Assembly: GCA_043825875.1 (NCBI GenBank)
Contig: JBDRRF010000103.1
Span: forward strand, 1-64,000
From: Pseudomonadota bacterium
GTDB lineage: Bacteria; Desulfobacterota; Desulfobacteria; Desulfobacterales; RPRI01
DNA length: 64,000 bases
Direction of reading: 5' to 3'
The position numbers were made by a program, and so were the translations under genes. The notes under the pieces are model-generated. The model saw only the letters and a program-made list of their open reading frames with translations. It did not search any database and was not told the origin of the DNA. This document shows positions 9,573 to 19,973 of the stretch, piece by piece (the stretch's first letter is position 1; each line of letters opens with the position of its first letter).

Positions 9573-11861
9573 ATGAAATTTTTCAAATTGAGACACCGCA
9601 TTCTAATTCCGTTGATGATAACAATGAGCATTTTATTGATCTCATTTGCATATACCCTGCAAAGATTTCATAGTGATTATATTGTTAATAATGTGATGAA
9701 CAATATACAGTCCGTAAATGCCCTGTTTACTTTACAGATAGAAAGCGATGCGAATTTGATGAGCGCATTATTAAACGTGCTTTCTAAAGATAAACAAATA
9801 AAAAAGGCTTTGATACAAAGAGATCAAACGAAATTATTTAATTACACAAAAAGCTTATTTGAAGAACTTAACAAAAAGTACCGGATTACACATTTTTATT
9901 TTACAGGCCCTGATAGGATAAACATTTTACGGGTTCATAATCCTGATAGATACGGTGACAAAATAGAACGTTTTACCACTCTTAATGCCGAAAAAACCGG
10001 GAAGCTTTTTTACGGAATCGAATTGGGGCCGCTTGGCACATTTACTCTCCGGTCTGTCATGCCGTGGTATGAAGGGAAAAAATTAATCGGGTTTGTGGAA
10101 CTTGGTGAAGAAATAGATCATATTACACAAAAACTTCATATAATACTCGGCCTTGATATTTATGTTCTGATAGAAAAAAAATACCTTAATAGAATAAACT
10201 GGGAAGAAGGCATGAAAATGCTGGGCCGTGATGCAAACTGGGATCGCTTCCCGTCTGTAGTTATGATAGGCCAGACTTCAAAACATTTTCCGGACAAACT
10301 CACCTCAATCTTTGCCCAAAAGGATGTCAATGCAGGAATAACTGATATTGAGATGACAGATAATAACCGGCATTACCGCAGCAAATTTTTCCCGGCTATA
10401 GATGCAGGAAACCGGCGTGTAGGAACAACGGTGGTTCTACGTGATATTACCGATATTACAATACATCATAATTTAACAATCGCCATAGTATCAGTGATCT
10501 GTATGTTATTGGCGCTAGTATTATTTGTGACTTTTTTCAAGTTTTTAGGAAGAATTGAAAAGCAAATTGAAAACGCAAATATAGAATTGCTGCGTATCAA
10601 CAAGGCGGTTGAAAACACAAGCGATGCTATAATGCTAACCAATATTTCAGGCAAAGTTGTTTACAGCAACAAATCATTTTTAGACTTATCCGGTTATACG
10701 GCAAAAGAATTAAATGAAAACGGTGGGATATCTATATTATATACGGATGACAATATATCGGAAGAAGTATTTCAATCTATTGCTAAAGGTAATTCATGGA
10801 AGGGCGAGGTTAAAATTAAAACCCGGAACAACGGTATATTAAATATTCTTCTAAGGGCCGACCATATCAGTAATGAAAAAGGAAATATCATTGACCTGAT
10901 GTTTATTTACACTGACATAACTGAAAGCAAAAAATGTGAAATCGCCATTATTGAAAATGAGGAGAAGTTCAGGACTATTGCTTCAATGGCACAGGATGCC
11001 GTTATAATGATGGATAATAATGGTAAGATCTCTTTCTGGAATGCTGCTGCGAAAAAAATTCTGGGCTACACAAGTGATGAAGTAATAGGTAAAAATCTAC
11101 ATAAATTAATTGCTCCACAAAAATACCATGAAGCGCATTTAAAAGGCTTTGGAGGCTTTAAACATTCAGGCAAAGGCGATGCAGTTGGAAAAACGCTTGA
11201 ACTTCAAGCAATCAGAAAAGGCGGCGAAGAATTTCCGGTGGAACTTTCATTGTCTTCAGTTAAGCTGGAAGAAAAATGGCATGCAGTAGGAATAATAAGA
11301 GACATAACAGACAGGAAAAGACTGGAAGAAGAGCTTAAAAAACTTTCTTACCTTGATGGTTTAACAGGAGTGGCGAATCGAAGACGTTTGGATGAAGTTC
11401 TTGAGTTTGAGTGGAAGCGTATGATGCGTGAATCCAAACCAGTATCCATGATAATGAGTGATATCGATTATTTCAAGGCATATAACGACACATACGGCCA
11501 TCAAAAAGGCGATGAGTGTCTCAAAAAAGTTGCAACCACTTTGAAAATTGTTGTCAAAAGGCCAGCTGATTTAGTGGCACGCTACGGCGGGGAAGAATTT
11601 GTAATCCTGTTGCCGGGAGTCGATATAAAGGGTGCGGGTCTCATTGCCGAAAAGATGCGTTTAAAAATTGAAGCTCTTGGTATTAATCATTCAGGTTCTC
11701 AAGCATGCAACGTAGTGACAATGAGTTTTGGAGTGAGCAGCATTGTTCCTACCGCTAATACCAATAGTGCAGAGTTATTAGAAACAGCAGATTATGCGCT
11801 TTATAAAGCAAAAAAAGAAGGCAGAAACAAAGTGGAAATATATGGTAGTAAAGATTTATGA
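9573..11861 (+). CDS. Membrane-anchored diguanylate cyclase (Cache-like sensor, two PAS domains, GGDEF)
   Basis: Two TM helices flanking a periplasmic region; two PAS/PAC segments (DITE, RDITDRK); DGLTGVANRR, DIDYFKAYND, RPAD I-site and GGEEF. Confidence 0.93.
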   Translation: MKFFKLRHRILIPLMITMSILLISFAYTLQRFHSDYIVNNVMNNIQSVNALFTLQIESDANLMSALLNVLSKDKQIKKALIQRDQTKLFNYTKSLFEELNKKYRITHFYFTGPDRINILRVHNPDRYGDKIERFTTLNAEKTGKLFYGIELGPLGTFTLRSVMPWYEGKKLIGFVELGEEIDHITQKLHIILGLDIYVLIEKKYLNRINWEEGMKMLGRDANWDRFPSVVMIGQTSKHFPDKLTSIFAQKDVNAGITDIEMTDNNRHYRSKFFPAIDAGNRRVGTTVVLRDITDITIHHNLTIAIVSVICMLLALVLFVTFFKFLGRIEKQIENANIELLRINKAVENTSDAIMLTNISGKVVYSNKSFLDLSGYTAKELNENGGISILYTDDNISEEVFQSIAKGNSWKGEVKIKTRNNGILNILLRADHISNEKGNIIDLMFIYTDITESKKCEIAIIENEEKFRTIASMAQDAVIMMDNNGKISFWNAAAKKILGYTSDEVIGKNLHKLIAPQKYHEAHLKGFGGFKHSGKGDAVGKTLELQAIRKGGEEFPVELSLSSVKLEEKWHAVGIIRDITDRKRLEEELKKLSYLDGLTGVANRRRLDEVLEFEWKRMMRESKPVSMIMSDIDYFKAYNDTYGHQKGDECLKKVATTLKIVVKRPADLVARYGGEEFVILLPGVDIKGAGLIAEKMRLKIEALGINHSGSQACNVVTMSFGVSSIVPTANTNSAELLETADYALYKAKKEGRNKVEIYGSKDL

Positions 11862-11865
11862 CAAC

Positions 11866-12010
11866 TGAGCCAGTTTCAAAACGCCCCATTTTGGCCGATC
11901 TTAAGCGTTGGGCTCAAATTTCAATCCTCGAAATACCCAATGTATTCCTGTGGTTGAAATTTTCGCCCGCCTTGAGCTTGACCAAACTGAAACGTTTTGA
12001 AAGTGGCTCA
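11866..12010 (+). repeat. ~145-bp MITE-like repeat, copy 1
   Basis: 18-bp terminal inverted repeats TGAGCCAGTTTCAAAACG / CGTTTTGAAAGTGGCTCA (1 mismatch); second copy inverted at 15153-15296. Confidence 0.85.
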
Positions 12011-12025
12011 ACTATTATAGAATAC

Positions 12026-12733
12026 TTATTTCAGAAAAGAAAATTTAGGAGACTTTGGTTCAACACGGCCAATTAATTCTTCAGGAGAACCTGTAGCAAT
12101 AGCGCTACCTGCTTCAATCAAAACTACATTATCTGCAAGAGTCATTATTTCTTCCAGATCGTGGCTAACATAAAGAATAGGCACTGATAAATTTCGGGTG
12201 AGGGCAGTTATAAATGGAAGAACTTCCGCTTTTCGGGTTTCGTCCAGAGAAGCAAGTGGCTCATCCATAAGTAGAATTGCCGGACTTGTGAGCAAAGCCC
12301 TTCCTATTGCAACACGCTGTTTTTCACCTCCCGACAGTTTGGCGGGTCTGCGATAAAGCAGGTTTTCAATACCCAGAAGTTCTACAACCTGATCAAGTTT
12401 CACATAACGCTTTGCAGGTTTTATCAGCCGCATGCCATAGGTAAGGTTGGATAGTACACTAAGATGCGGAAACAGCCGGCCTTCCTGGAATATATAACCA
12501 ATATGCCGCTTTTCGGGAGGGATATTTATGCCGTTATCTGAATCAAATAAACAGTTCCCGTCTATTGTGATGTGACCTTTGTCAGGGCGCAGGAGCCCTG
12601 CCACCATATTTATAATGGATGTCTTTCCTGCGCCTGAGGGTCCGAAAAGCGCCGTAATGCCCGTTTCTCCGGAAGCAAATGCCGCACTAATACGAAAATC
12701 ACCCTGTTTTTTTTCAACGTGAATATCTATCAC
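12026..12733 (-). CDS. modC: Molybdate ABC transporter ATP-binding protein (short form, no TOBE domain)
   Basis: GPSGAGKT Walker A, FQEGRLFPHL, LSGGEKQRVAIGRAL, LLMDEPLASLD. Confidence 0.92.
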   Translation of the reverse strand: MIDIHVEKKQGDFRISAAFASGETGITALFGPSGAGKTSIINMVAGLLRPDKGHITIDGNCLFDSDNGINIPPEKRHIGYIFQEGRLFPHLSVLSNLTYGMRLIKPAKRYVKLDQVVELLGIENLLYRRPAKLSGGEKQRVAIGRALLTSPAILLMDEPLASLDETRKAEVLPFITALTRNLSVPILYVSHDLEEIMTLADNVVLIEAGSAIATGSPEELIGRVEPKSPKFSFLK

Positions 12734-12736
12734 TAA

Positions 12737-13435
12737 TCAACCCTTTATATAAGCGGCAAATCGTTTTGACATAAACTCGGAAGCAACAAGCGCAGCCATG
12801 GCAACCACAATCGAGATTAAACATAATCGCATTGCACCTGCTTCTCCACCAGGGGTCTGGGTAAGCGTATAAAGAGCCAGAGGAAGTGTTTGCGTCTGCC
12901 CCTGTATGTTGGATACAAAAGTTATTGTTGCCCCGAATTCACCAAGACTTCTTGCAAATGAAAGAATCAGGCCTGTAATGATTCCTGGCGTAATCAAAGG
13001 AAGCGTAACTGTAAAAAACACTCTTATCGGCCCTGCGCCAAGTGTGCGGGCAGCATACTCCATCCCCTGGTCAACATTTTCAATTGAAAGCCTCACTGCC
13101 CTGACGAGCAAAGGAAAAGCCATAGCTGCAGCAGCTATCGCTGCACCTTTCCAGGTAAAGGCAATAGTAATACCTAAAGTGTTAAACAACCAGGCACCTA
13201 ACATGCCCCTCTGCCCGAAAAGAAGCAGCAGCATGTATCCTATAACAACAGGAGGTAAAACCAGCGGCAGATGAAGCAGCCCGTCTAACAGTGATTTACC
13301 TGTAAATTCAAAACGCGCAAGAATCCATGCAAACAGAATTCCAGGGATCAGGCTACCGGCCACTGCACAAAATGAAACCCAAAGACTTAAACGAAGCGCT
13401 TCCCATTCCATCATAGTCATAGCATGAAACTCCAT
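12737..13435 (-). CDS. modB: Molybdate ABC transporter permease
   Basis: HLPLVLPPVVIGY, AARTLGA, FARSLGEFGATITF. Confidence 0.95.
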   Translation of the reverse strand: MEFHAMTMMEWEALRLSLWVSFCAVAGSLIPGILFAWILARFEFTGKSLLDGLLHLPLVLPPVVIGYMLLLLFGQRGMLGAWLFNTLGITIAFTWKGAAIAAAAMAFPLLVRAVRLSIENVDQGMEYAARTLGAGPIRVFFTVTLPLITPGIITGLILSFARSLGEFGATITFVSNIQGQTQTLPLALYTLTQTPGGEAGAMRLCLISIVVAMAALVASEFMSKRFAAYIKG

Positions 13436-13459
13436 TTACCTGTCAGCCTTTGCAGCTTT

Positions 13460-14185
13460 TTACCTTGATCTTGCGCAGAATCTGTCCCAACCCATCAGGT
13501 AAGCTGCTCCGGCAATAGTTGTCCCATAAAAAATTACAGGTTTTCCGGTCAAAAACTTTCCGATAGAATCATTTACCAGTGTAGAGCCTGTAACAAGAAG
13601 AACATCAGCCCATTTCAAAGCTTCATTAGTATTGTCAGGCCCTTCTATGACTACGCCAAATTTTATAGTACCAACATTATCTTTATCCAGGTCAAGTAAA
13701 CGTAAAGGAAATTTGGCTGCTATTTCACGAGCAATGGATGGCTGAAATCCAACCTGGGTAATCTTTACCTCACCAAAACGTTGCTTCATGTGCAAAACAA
13801 GTTCGGCGGCACATTCACCCGGCTCCTGATCGCGGCAGTGTAAGGTTTCTTTTACAAGTCCCAAATTTCTTGTAACAGCATTAAATGTGGCTACAAAAAT
13901 TGCACGCCTGTAGTTATTATCAAGGGGCATATTAAGTATTTCTTCTAAACTACCTTTAAAATTGCCAAATTGGTCTGTAAAGGCCTGACCCGGAGATCCA
14001 AGGAATTCTGCCTGCATCAGTCGCTCTTTTCCTTTTTGCAAGGGGAAATCCTTATCTTCCGGATTGCCGATAGCTTCTTTCGCAGTTAGAGTCCTTGTTT
14101 GGACATCTACATATTCTCCTAAGATATTTTTTTGCCGGCACAAATCATTGAAACGGTTTTTTAGTTCATCCCAGATTGCTGTCAT
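13460..14185 (-). CDS. DUF364-like Rossmann-fold protein inside the mod operon
   Basis: EAIGNPE-DFPL-KGKERLMQA; C-terminal ADVLLVTGSTLVND and FYGTTIAG; located between modA and modB. Confidence 0.65.
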   Translation of the reverse strand: MTAIWDELKNRFNDLCRQKNILGEYVDVQTRTLTAKEAIGNPEDKDFPLQKGKERLMQAEFLGSPGQAFTDQFGNFKGSLEEILNMPLDNNYRRAIFVATFNAVTRNLGLVKETLHCRDQEPGECAAELVLHMKQRFGEVKITQVGFQPSIAREIAAKFPLRLLDLDKDNVGTIKFGVVIEGPDNTNEALKWADVLLVTGSTLVNDSIGKFLTGKPVIFYGTTIAGAAYLMGWDRFCARSR

Positions 14186-14208
14186 CTTTACTACCCATTG
14201 TAAAAAAA

Positions 14209-15009
14209 TTAATTTTGTAAAACTGTAAAGCCATATTTTTCAAATATTGCTTTTGCTTCAGGTGTTTCAAGAAATTTCATGAAACTTTCGGCTGCCAGTG
14301 TTTCACTGCCTGCAACTAATGCTACAGGATATAAAATAGGGAGATGGCTTTTTTCGGGAAAAGTACCGACAACCCTAACCTTTTTTGTAATGGCAGCATC
14401 TGTAGCATACACAATACCCACTGGCGATTCGCCCCGCTCAACCAGCATAAGGGCCGCACGGACGTCTTTTGATCGGGCAACTTTGCTTTTTATACTATCC
14501 CATACACCAAGATTTGCAAGGGACTGTTTTCCATAAATTCCTGCCGGTACGTGATCAGGGTCACCCATGGATAGAAAACCGCTGCCCAATAGTTTTTTAA
14601 GATCAAAATTGGCCTTGATATCTATTGTTTTAATTCCACTGTCAGCCGGAACAATAAGAACCATCCGGTTGCTTAAGAGATCAAACCGGGAAGATTGATT
14701 TATTATTTCTTTTTCTTCAAGATAGTCCATCCATTTGTAATTGGCAGAAATATAAACATTTGCAGGAGCTTTATTTTCAATCTGCTTTGCCAAAGTAGAT
14801 GATGATGCAAAAGCTGGTATGAAATCAATTTTTTTTTGCTCTGAAAACATTTTGCCGATTTCCTGTACTGCATTAATTGTTGAACCTGCTGCAAAAACGG
14901 TTATGGATTCGGCTTTGGAATCTGCAATAGCTACTTTTGAATAAATACCAAAAATACAAATGCAAAATATCAGCAGTAAAAAACTTTTTAAGAAAAATCT
15001 TCTTTTCAT
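14209..15009 (-). CDS. modA: Molybdate ABC transporter substrate-binding protein
   Basis: Signal peptide; VFAAGS, FASSSTLAKQI, GDPDHVPAGIY, DVRAAL, IVYATDA. Confidence 0.95.
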   Translation of the reverse strand: MKRRFFLKSFLLLIFCICIFGIYSKVAIADSKAESITVFAAGSTINAVQEIGKMFSEQKKIDFIPAFASSSTLAKQIENKAPANVYISANYKWMDYLEEKEIINQSSRFDLLSNRMVLIVPADSGIKTIDIKANFDLKKLLGSGFLSMGDPDHVPAGIYGKQSLANLGVWDSIKSKVARSKDVRAALMLVERGESPVGIVYATDAAITKKVRVVGTFPEKSHLPILYPVALVAGSETLAAESFMKFLETPEAKAIFEKYGFTVLQN

Positions 15010-15050
15010 ATTATGACCCTCTCAAATTAGTTGCTATACAATCATAAATA

Positions 15051-15078
15051 AATTATAAACAAAATGACGTTTATAATT
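15051..15078. promoter_or_regulatory. Candidate operator palindrome upstream of modA
   Basis: Perfect 10-bp inverted repeat AATTATAAAC-N8-GTTTATAATT in the divergent modA/regulator intergenic region. Confidence 0.5.
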
Positions 15079-15152
15079 GGCATAATTATTTTTGACCATA
15101 CAAATGCACTTTATAATTGTCAATCTCTAATTTATAAAATACCTGTTTTAAT

Positions 15153-15296
15153 AGAGGCACTTTCAAAACGTTTCAGTTTGGTCAAGGTCAAGGCGGTTGA
15201 AAATTTTAACCGCAGGAATACATGGAGTATTTCGAGGATTACAATTTTCACCCAACGCAGAGATCGGCCAAAATGGGACGTTTTGGAACTGACTCA
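15153..15296 (-). repeat. ~145-bp MITE-like repeat, copy 2 (inverted relative to copy 1)
   Basis: Reverse complement aligns by eye end to end with 11866-12010, about 20 differences. Confidence 0.85.
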
Positions 15297-15321
15297 ATAG
15301 GCTGCAGAAGGAGGATGTTTA

Positions 15322-16443
15322 GTGAGTGGATCGGATAAACCGGCTATTGTGTGCCGTCTGAAGGAAATCAGACAGTCAGCGGGAATATCTCAAATTCAGT
15401 TTGCTTCGCTGGTAGGGATAAAAAGGCAGGCGGTTTATGATATCGAATGTGGCAAATACATACCTAATACAATGATTGCCCTTGAAATGGCGCGTGTTCT
15501 CGGCTGTAAGGTAGAAGACCTGTTTTATCATAATCTGCCCGAAAATGTGGACAATATAGTTTTTGCAGACAAAAATATTTATCCAAATAATAGAATATCT
15601 GTTGTAAAGATTCGCGACCGGCTTGTCGGCTATTCTCTTGAAGGAAGAAATTTATTTGGACGGGGATTTTTAGCAGCTGATGGTATGATGGAAGCCGATG
15701 GAAAAACAGTCAAGCTTTTCGACAACATTGACAGAATAGAAAAAACCGCCCTGCTGTTAGGCTGTGATCCGGCTTTTGGAATACTTGCTTCCCATATAGC
15801 CCGGCGATTCGCTGATATAAGGCTTAACTGCCGATTTGCTTCAAGCGGACAATCACTTACACATCTTGCAGCAGGTCAAACTCATATGGCGGCCACACAT
15901 ATGCATGATTCGGGGAAGAAACAAGCCAATGTTGTATTTGCAAAGAAAATTTTAGGGAAAAAATCTGCACATATAATAGCCTTTGCAAATTTTGAGGAAG
16001 GACTTATGATAGCAAAGGGGAATCCTCTTAAAATAAAAGACGTAACTGATCTTACTAAAAAATCTGTACGATTTGTCAACAGGGAGCCCGGAGCAGCCTT
16101 GCGGGCACTTATAGATGATCGTCTTGAAAAATTGAATATTACTGCTGATAAGATTGCAGGTTACAATATAATGGTATTAAGTCATGAAGAAGGAGCCCAA
16201 ATGATAGTATACGGTATGGCAGATGCAGCACTGGGCTTAAGAGCAATTGCTTCGGCCTGGGGACTCGATTTTATCCCTATGGAAACAGTTCGCTGTGATA
16301 TTGTAATTCCAGCTGACTTAATGGATCATCAAGCTATACGCACAATGCTTGATATCCTCCAAACCCGCACATTTCGTGATGAACTCGCTCAACTGCCTGG
16401 CTATGAAAATAAAGATACCGGAAAAACAATTGCTGTTATATAG
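15322..16443 (+). CDS. XRE-family HTH plus periplasmic-binding-like domain transcriptional regulator (probably molybdate/tungstate responsive)
   Basis: N-terminal HTH (LKEIRQSAGISQ...IECGKYIP); C-terminal PBP-like domain (GNPLKIKD, FVNREPGA, ADAALG, LDFIP); GGAGG RBS; divergent from modA. Confidence 0.85.
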   Translation: MSGSDKPAIVCRLKEIRQSAGISQIQFASLVGIKRQAVYDIECGKYIPNTMIALEMARVLGCKVEDLFYHNLPENVDNIVFADKNIYPNNRISVVKIRDRLVGYSLEGRNLFGRGFLAADGMMEADGKTVKLFDNIDRIEKTALLLGCDPAFGILASHIARRFADIRLNCRFASSGQSLTHLAAGQTHMAATHMHDSGKKQANVVFAKKILGKKSAHIIAFANFEEGLMIAKGNPLKIKDVTDLTKKSVRFVNREPGAALRALIDDRLEKLNITADKIAGYNIMVLSHEEGAQMIVYGMADAALGLRAIASAWGLDFIPMETVRCDIVIPADLMDHQAIRTMLDILQTRTFRDELAQLPGYENKDTGKTIAVI

Positions 16444-16710
16444 AAAATACTGCAATTGATACTATGGGTTTGCTTGTACAAACATTAAATTCTTGATCTG
16501 AGCCAAGCAAGCAACGATCTGAATTCCCATGGCAATTCCGGTACCGCAGCTTGTTGCACCAAGCATCCCGTGGGTAAAAAGCCGGCCAGGAAATTTAACT
16601 CGCGTCGCCTTAATTGCTCAGTGGTGTGCCTTCCGGCCCGTCGGCTATAAAAATAGCCTCAGGCCCGGCGGCAGAAACAACAGCGTTTTTGGAGGTGGTT
16701 CATATCTATA

Positions 16711-17409
16711 TTATATATTTCTTTTTATATCGCCTTTTTCCTTTAATTGATCAAGATGCTTTGCAACCTCATCTTGAATCTTCTCCTGCTTTAGCTTTTC
16801 TTCTATCCTTTCTTTAAGATGCGTTTCAAAGAAGTTTTTTATTTCTTCATCCGATACTTTAATTTTTTCAACAAACTCTTTATTTATATATTTTTGTATA
16901 GTCATTACTTGGTTCATCTGATTTTTAAGAGCAGGTTCAGTTAACTTAACTTTTGCCATCTCTTTTTTAAATTCTTTTTCATTTGGAAATTGCTCTTTGA
17001 ATTTAGTGTACTGCTCTTCAACAGTTGAATTATCAACTTTAAATCCATTTTTCACACTTTCCTGATAAAGCAATTCACCATCAATCAGTTTTTCAAGAAC
17101 TTTTTTCTTTATATCGGCAATACTCTTTTCATCAAGTTTTTCGCCTTTATTAGCATATTGTTGCTGAACACCGAAAAGCTCTCTGGCAAAATCTTCACTT
17201 TTTATTGTAACTCCATTTACTACAGCTACATCACCCTTTGGTATTTCCTTTATTTCGACTTTTTCAATTTTTTTGTTCGGATCAACAAGTTGTGTTTTTG
17301 CGGCTTTGACGGCTTTATCTTCTTTTTCAGCTTTAACCGGGGGTGCCGTTATTATAAAAGATATCATAATTAACATAACCCACAATAATCTCAAACTTTT
17401 TGAATGCAT
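16711..17409 (-). CDS. SurA N-terminal-domain chaperone-like exported protein
   Basis: Signal peptide; VAVVNGVTI, VLEKLIDGELLYQES, KVSDEEIKNFF; no rotamase domain visible. Confidence 0.75.
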   Translation of the reverse strand: MHSKSLRLLWVMLIMISFIITAPPVKAEKEDKAVKAAKTQLVDPNKKIEKVEIKEIPKGDVAVVNGVTIKSEDFARELFGVQQQYANKGEKLDEKSIADIKKKVLEKLIDGELLYQESVKNGFKVDNSTVEEQYTKFKEQFPNEKEFKKEMAKVKLTEPALKNQMNQVMTIQKYINKEFVEKIKVSDEEIKNFFETHLKERIEEKLKQEKIQDEVAKHLDQLKEKGDIKRNI

Positions 17410-17838
17410 TAATCTCTCCTTATGTTATGGTTAATTAAAAATGTTTTAAACTTATTTAATATGCTAAAATATATTAACCGAAGTTAATTTCATGAGCTGC
17501 TATATGATTTGACTTTTAAGACCGGATTTAATCCATTATAAATTTTTTTACAAATATCACTTATATGTGTTGTTGTGCAAATATTTTTTTTAGGCATACA
17601 ATATTTATGAATTTTTAGCAAAAGTTACCACTTCATTTCAATATTTAAGTACATTGCAGCTATAACATTCGAATTAACAATCGCTTAACATCTACGCTGA
17701 TAAAAATGGGGGTTTTCAACTTTTTGAACTGTTATTTAATATTTGCTTGGAAAGCGAAACAAGGCATGTTAATAGAATCTATTTTTTCTTTCAGTTTGTA
17801 AATTATTTTAATTTGTATAAAAAATTTAGGAGGATTAA

Positions 17839-18318
17839 ATGGTAAAAACTCTCATCTCATATTCTTCAAGGTCGGGAAATACCAAAAAAATGGCCGAATA
17901 TATAGCAGAAGGTATTAAGTCAACTGTGGGGATGGAAGTTATATTAAAAAAAATTGCAGATACTGTGACAGATGATATGCTTAATGCCGATGTAATCATA
18001 TTCGGCTGCCCCACTTATTTTGGAGTAATGACTGCCGAGGTTAAAGAACTGATGGATAAAAGCGTAAAATATTTTGGTAAGCTTACCGGAAAAATTGGAG
18101 GAGCTTTTACATCATCGGGCAATATCGCAGGCGGGAATGAAACAACAATATTAAGTATTCTCCAGGGTTTTCTCATCCATGGCATGATAATACAAGGTAT
18201 GCAAAAAGGAAATCATTACGGACCTGTATCAATAGGTGCGCCGGATGAAACCGCCAGGGAAGAATGTATACGTTACGGAAAAATAATAGGCGACCTTAGC
18301 TTAAAGATATTAAAATGA
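17839..18318 (+). CDS. Flavodoxin/WrbA-like NAD(P)H-dependent oxidoreductase
   Basis: YSSRSGNTKKMA FMN-binding loop; GCPTYFG; GGAFTSSG..GGNETT; AGGAGG RBS. Confidence 0.9.
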   Translation: MVKTLISYSSRSGNTKKMAEYIAEGIKSTVGMEVILKKIADTVTDDMLNADVIIFGCPTYFGVMTAEVKELMDKSVKYFGKLTGKIGGAFTSSGNIAGGNETTILSILQGFLIHGMIIQGMQKGNHYGPVSIGAPDETAREECIRYGKIIGDLSLKILK

Positions 18319-19943
18319 ATAATCCGAAAATCCCACATAAAGAGCTTGTAGCCGACTGGCATGCCCTTATGAGAACTTTTATAAGGCCTGAAGATGTAGC
18401 TGCAAAAACCACTCTTCTTAAATACATGGAGCAGATCCTTTTTGGACTTCATGATTTTTTAAATACGCATGTTGGTATAACGGAAGAAATCAGCTTAAAA
18501 GATTTATCGGAGCATTATAAAGATACACTTATCAGCGAAAACCCAGAAGAAAAACTTGCTGATATTATTGCAAATATCATTGAAAAAACCGCACCTAATG
18601 CCGTTAATGTCGCATCTCCGTTTTTTGTTGGCCACATGACTTCGGCAATACCCTTTTTCATGGTACATCTTAAAACAATCACAACCGCTTTAAATCAAAA
18701 CGTAGTTAAGCTTGAAACTTCAAAAATCTTATCTATTATTGAAAAGCAGGTTTTAGCAAAGATACACAGAATTATATTTAGAGAAAGTGAAGATTTTTAT
18801 TTAGAACATGTTCAAAATTCCCGCACCTCCCTGGGTTGTTTCACTGAAAACGGAACTCTGGCAAACCTGACTGCTTTGTGGATTGCAAGAAATACTCAGC
18901 TATGCCCGAAAGAAGGCTTTGAAGGAGTAGATCAAGAAGGGATATTCGCCGCATATAAAGCTTATGATATAGAAAAAAGCGTGATACTTGTATCCGAACT
19001 CGGTCATTTTTCGCTAAAAAAAGCCGGGGGCCTGCTTGGAATAGGAAACAAAAACATTATCTCTATAAGTGTAGACATCGACAATCGAATCGATATTATT
19101 AAGCTTAAAGAAAAAATCAATGAAATAAAAAAATCCGGACGCAAAACAAAAATTCTTGCGATAGTTGGCATTGCAGGTACTACCGAAACCGGCACCATAG
19201 ACCCATTACGGCAACTCGGAGAAATTTGCTCTGAAAATAATATTCATTTCCATGTTGATGCTGCATGGGGAGGCCCTGTCCTTTTATCTGAAAAATATAA
19301 ACATCTGCTTGATGGAATTGAGCTTGCCGATTCGGTGACAATCGACGGACATAAGCAATTTTACATGCCGATGAGTTCAGGCATGGTTTATTTCAAAGAT
19401 CCATGCTTAATGGATTCAATAAGTTATCATGCGAATTATGTTAACAGACGCGGTTCGGTTGATCTTGGTATTAAAGCTCTTTCCGGCTCAAGAGAAGCAA
19501 ACTCTCTTGTTCTTGACAGCGCTCTTAAAATAATGGGCAGTAAAGGTTATGCCCTTTTAATTGAACATGGCATAGAAACAGCAAAAAGTTTTGCTGATGA
19601 AATTAATAAACGGCCTGATTTTGAACTGATAACACCACCTTGGTTAAACATTTTAACATACAGGATTTTTCCTGAAGAATTAAGGATACAATGGGACGAA
19701 TCGGAAGATGTTCAAAGAAAAATAAATGAAAAACTAAATGAAATAAACATCATGATACAAAGGTTTCAAAGGGAAGCCGGAAATAGTTTTGTATCAAGAA
19801 CCACTTTTAAAACCTATAAAGGACGTTGTGAAAATATTGTAGTACTACGCTGCGTCATAATGAATCCAATGACAAATATGAATATTCTTCGCGAAATACT
19901 TGATGAACAGGAAAATATTTACAAAAATAATATTCATATATAA
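18315..19943 (+). CDS. panP: PLP-dependent group II decarboxylase, PanP-type aspartate 1-decarboxylase
   Basis: FVGHMTSA, NQNVVKLETSK, GIAGTTETG, FHVDAAWGG, DGHKQ (PLP lysine), SFVSRT. Confidence 0.8.
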   Translation: MNNPKIPHKELVADWHALMRTFIRPEDVAAKTTLLKYMEQILFGLHDFLNTHVGITEEISLKDLSEHYKDTLISENPEEKLADIIANIIEKTAPNAVNVASPFFVGHMTSAIPFFMVHLKTITTALNQNVVKLETSKILSIIEKQVLAKIHRIIFRESEDFYLEHVQNSRTSLGCFTENGTLANLTALWIARNTQLCPKEGFEGVDQEGIFAAYKAYDIEKSVILVSELGHFSLKKAGGLLGIGNKNIISISVDIDNRIDIIKLKEKINEIKKSGRKTKILAIVGIAGTTETGTIDPLRQLGEICSENNIHFHVDAAWGGPVLLSEKYKHLLDGIELADSVTIDGHKQFYMPMSSGMVYFKDPCLMDSISYHANYVNRRGSVDLGIKALSGSREANSLVLDSALKIMGSKGYALLIEHGIETAKSFADEINKRPDFELITPPWLNILTYRIFPEELRIQWDESEDVQRKINEKLNEINIMIQRFQREAGNSFVSRTTFKTYKGRCENIVVLRCVIMNPMTNMNILREILDEQENIYKNNIHI

Positions 19944-19973
19944 CATTGATGTACAAAAAGAATAGTATAGTTT

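Noticed and set aside
11858..12076. 72-aa ORF, and the 78-aa ORF at 15064-15300
   Set aside because: Both are translations through the ~145-bp repeat.
16460..16700. GC-richer intergenic stretch as ncRNA or gene
   Set aside because: Looks like decayed coding sequence but I cannot assign a family or a convincing structure.
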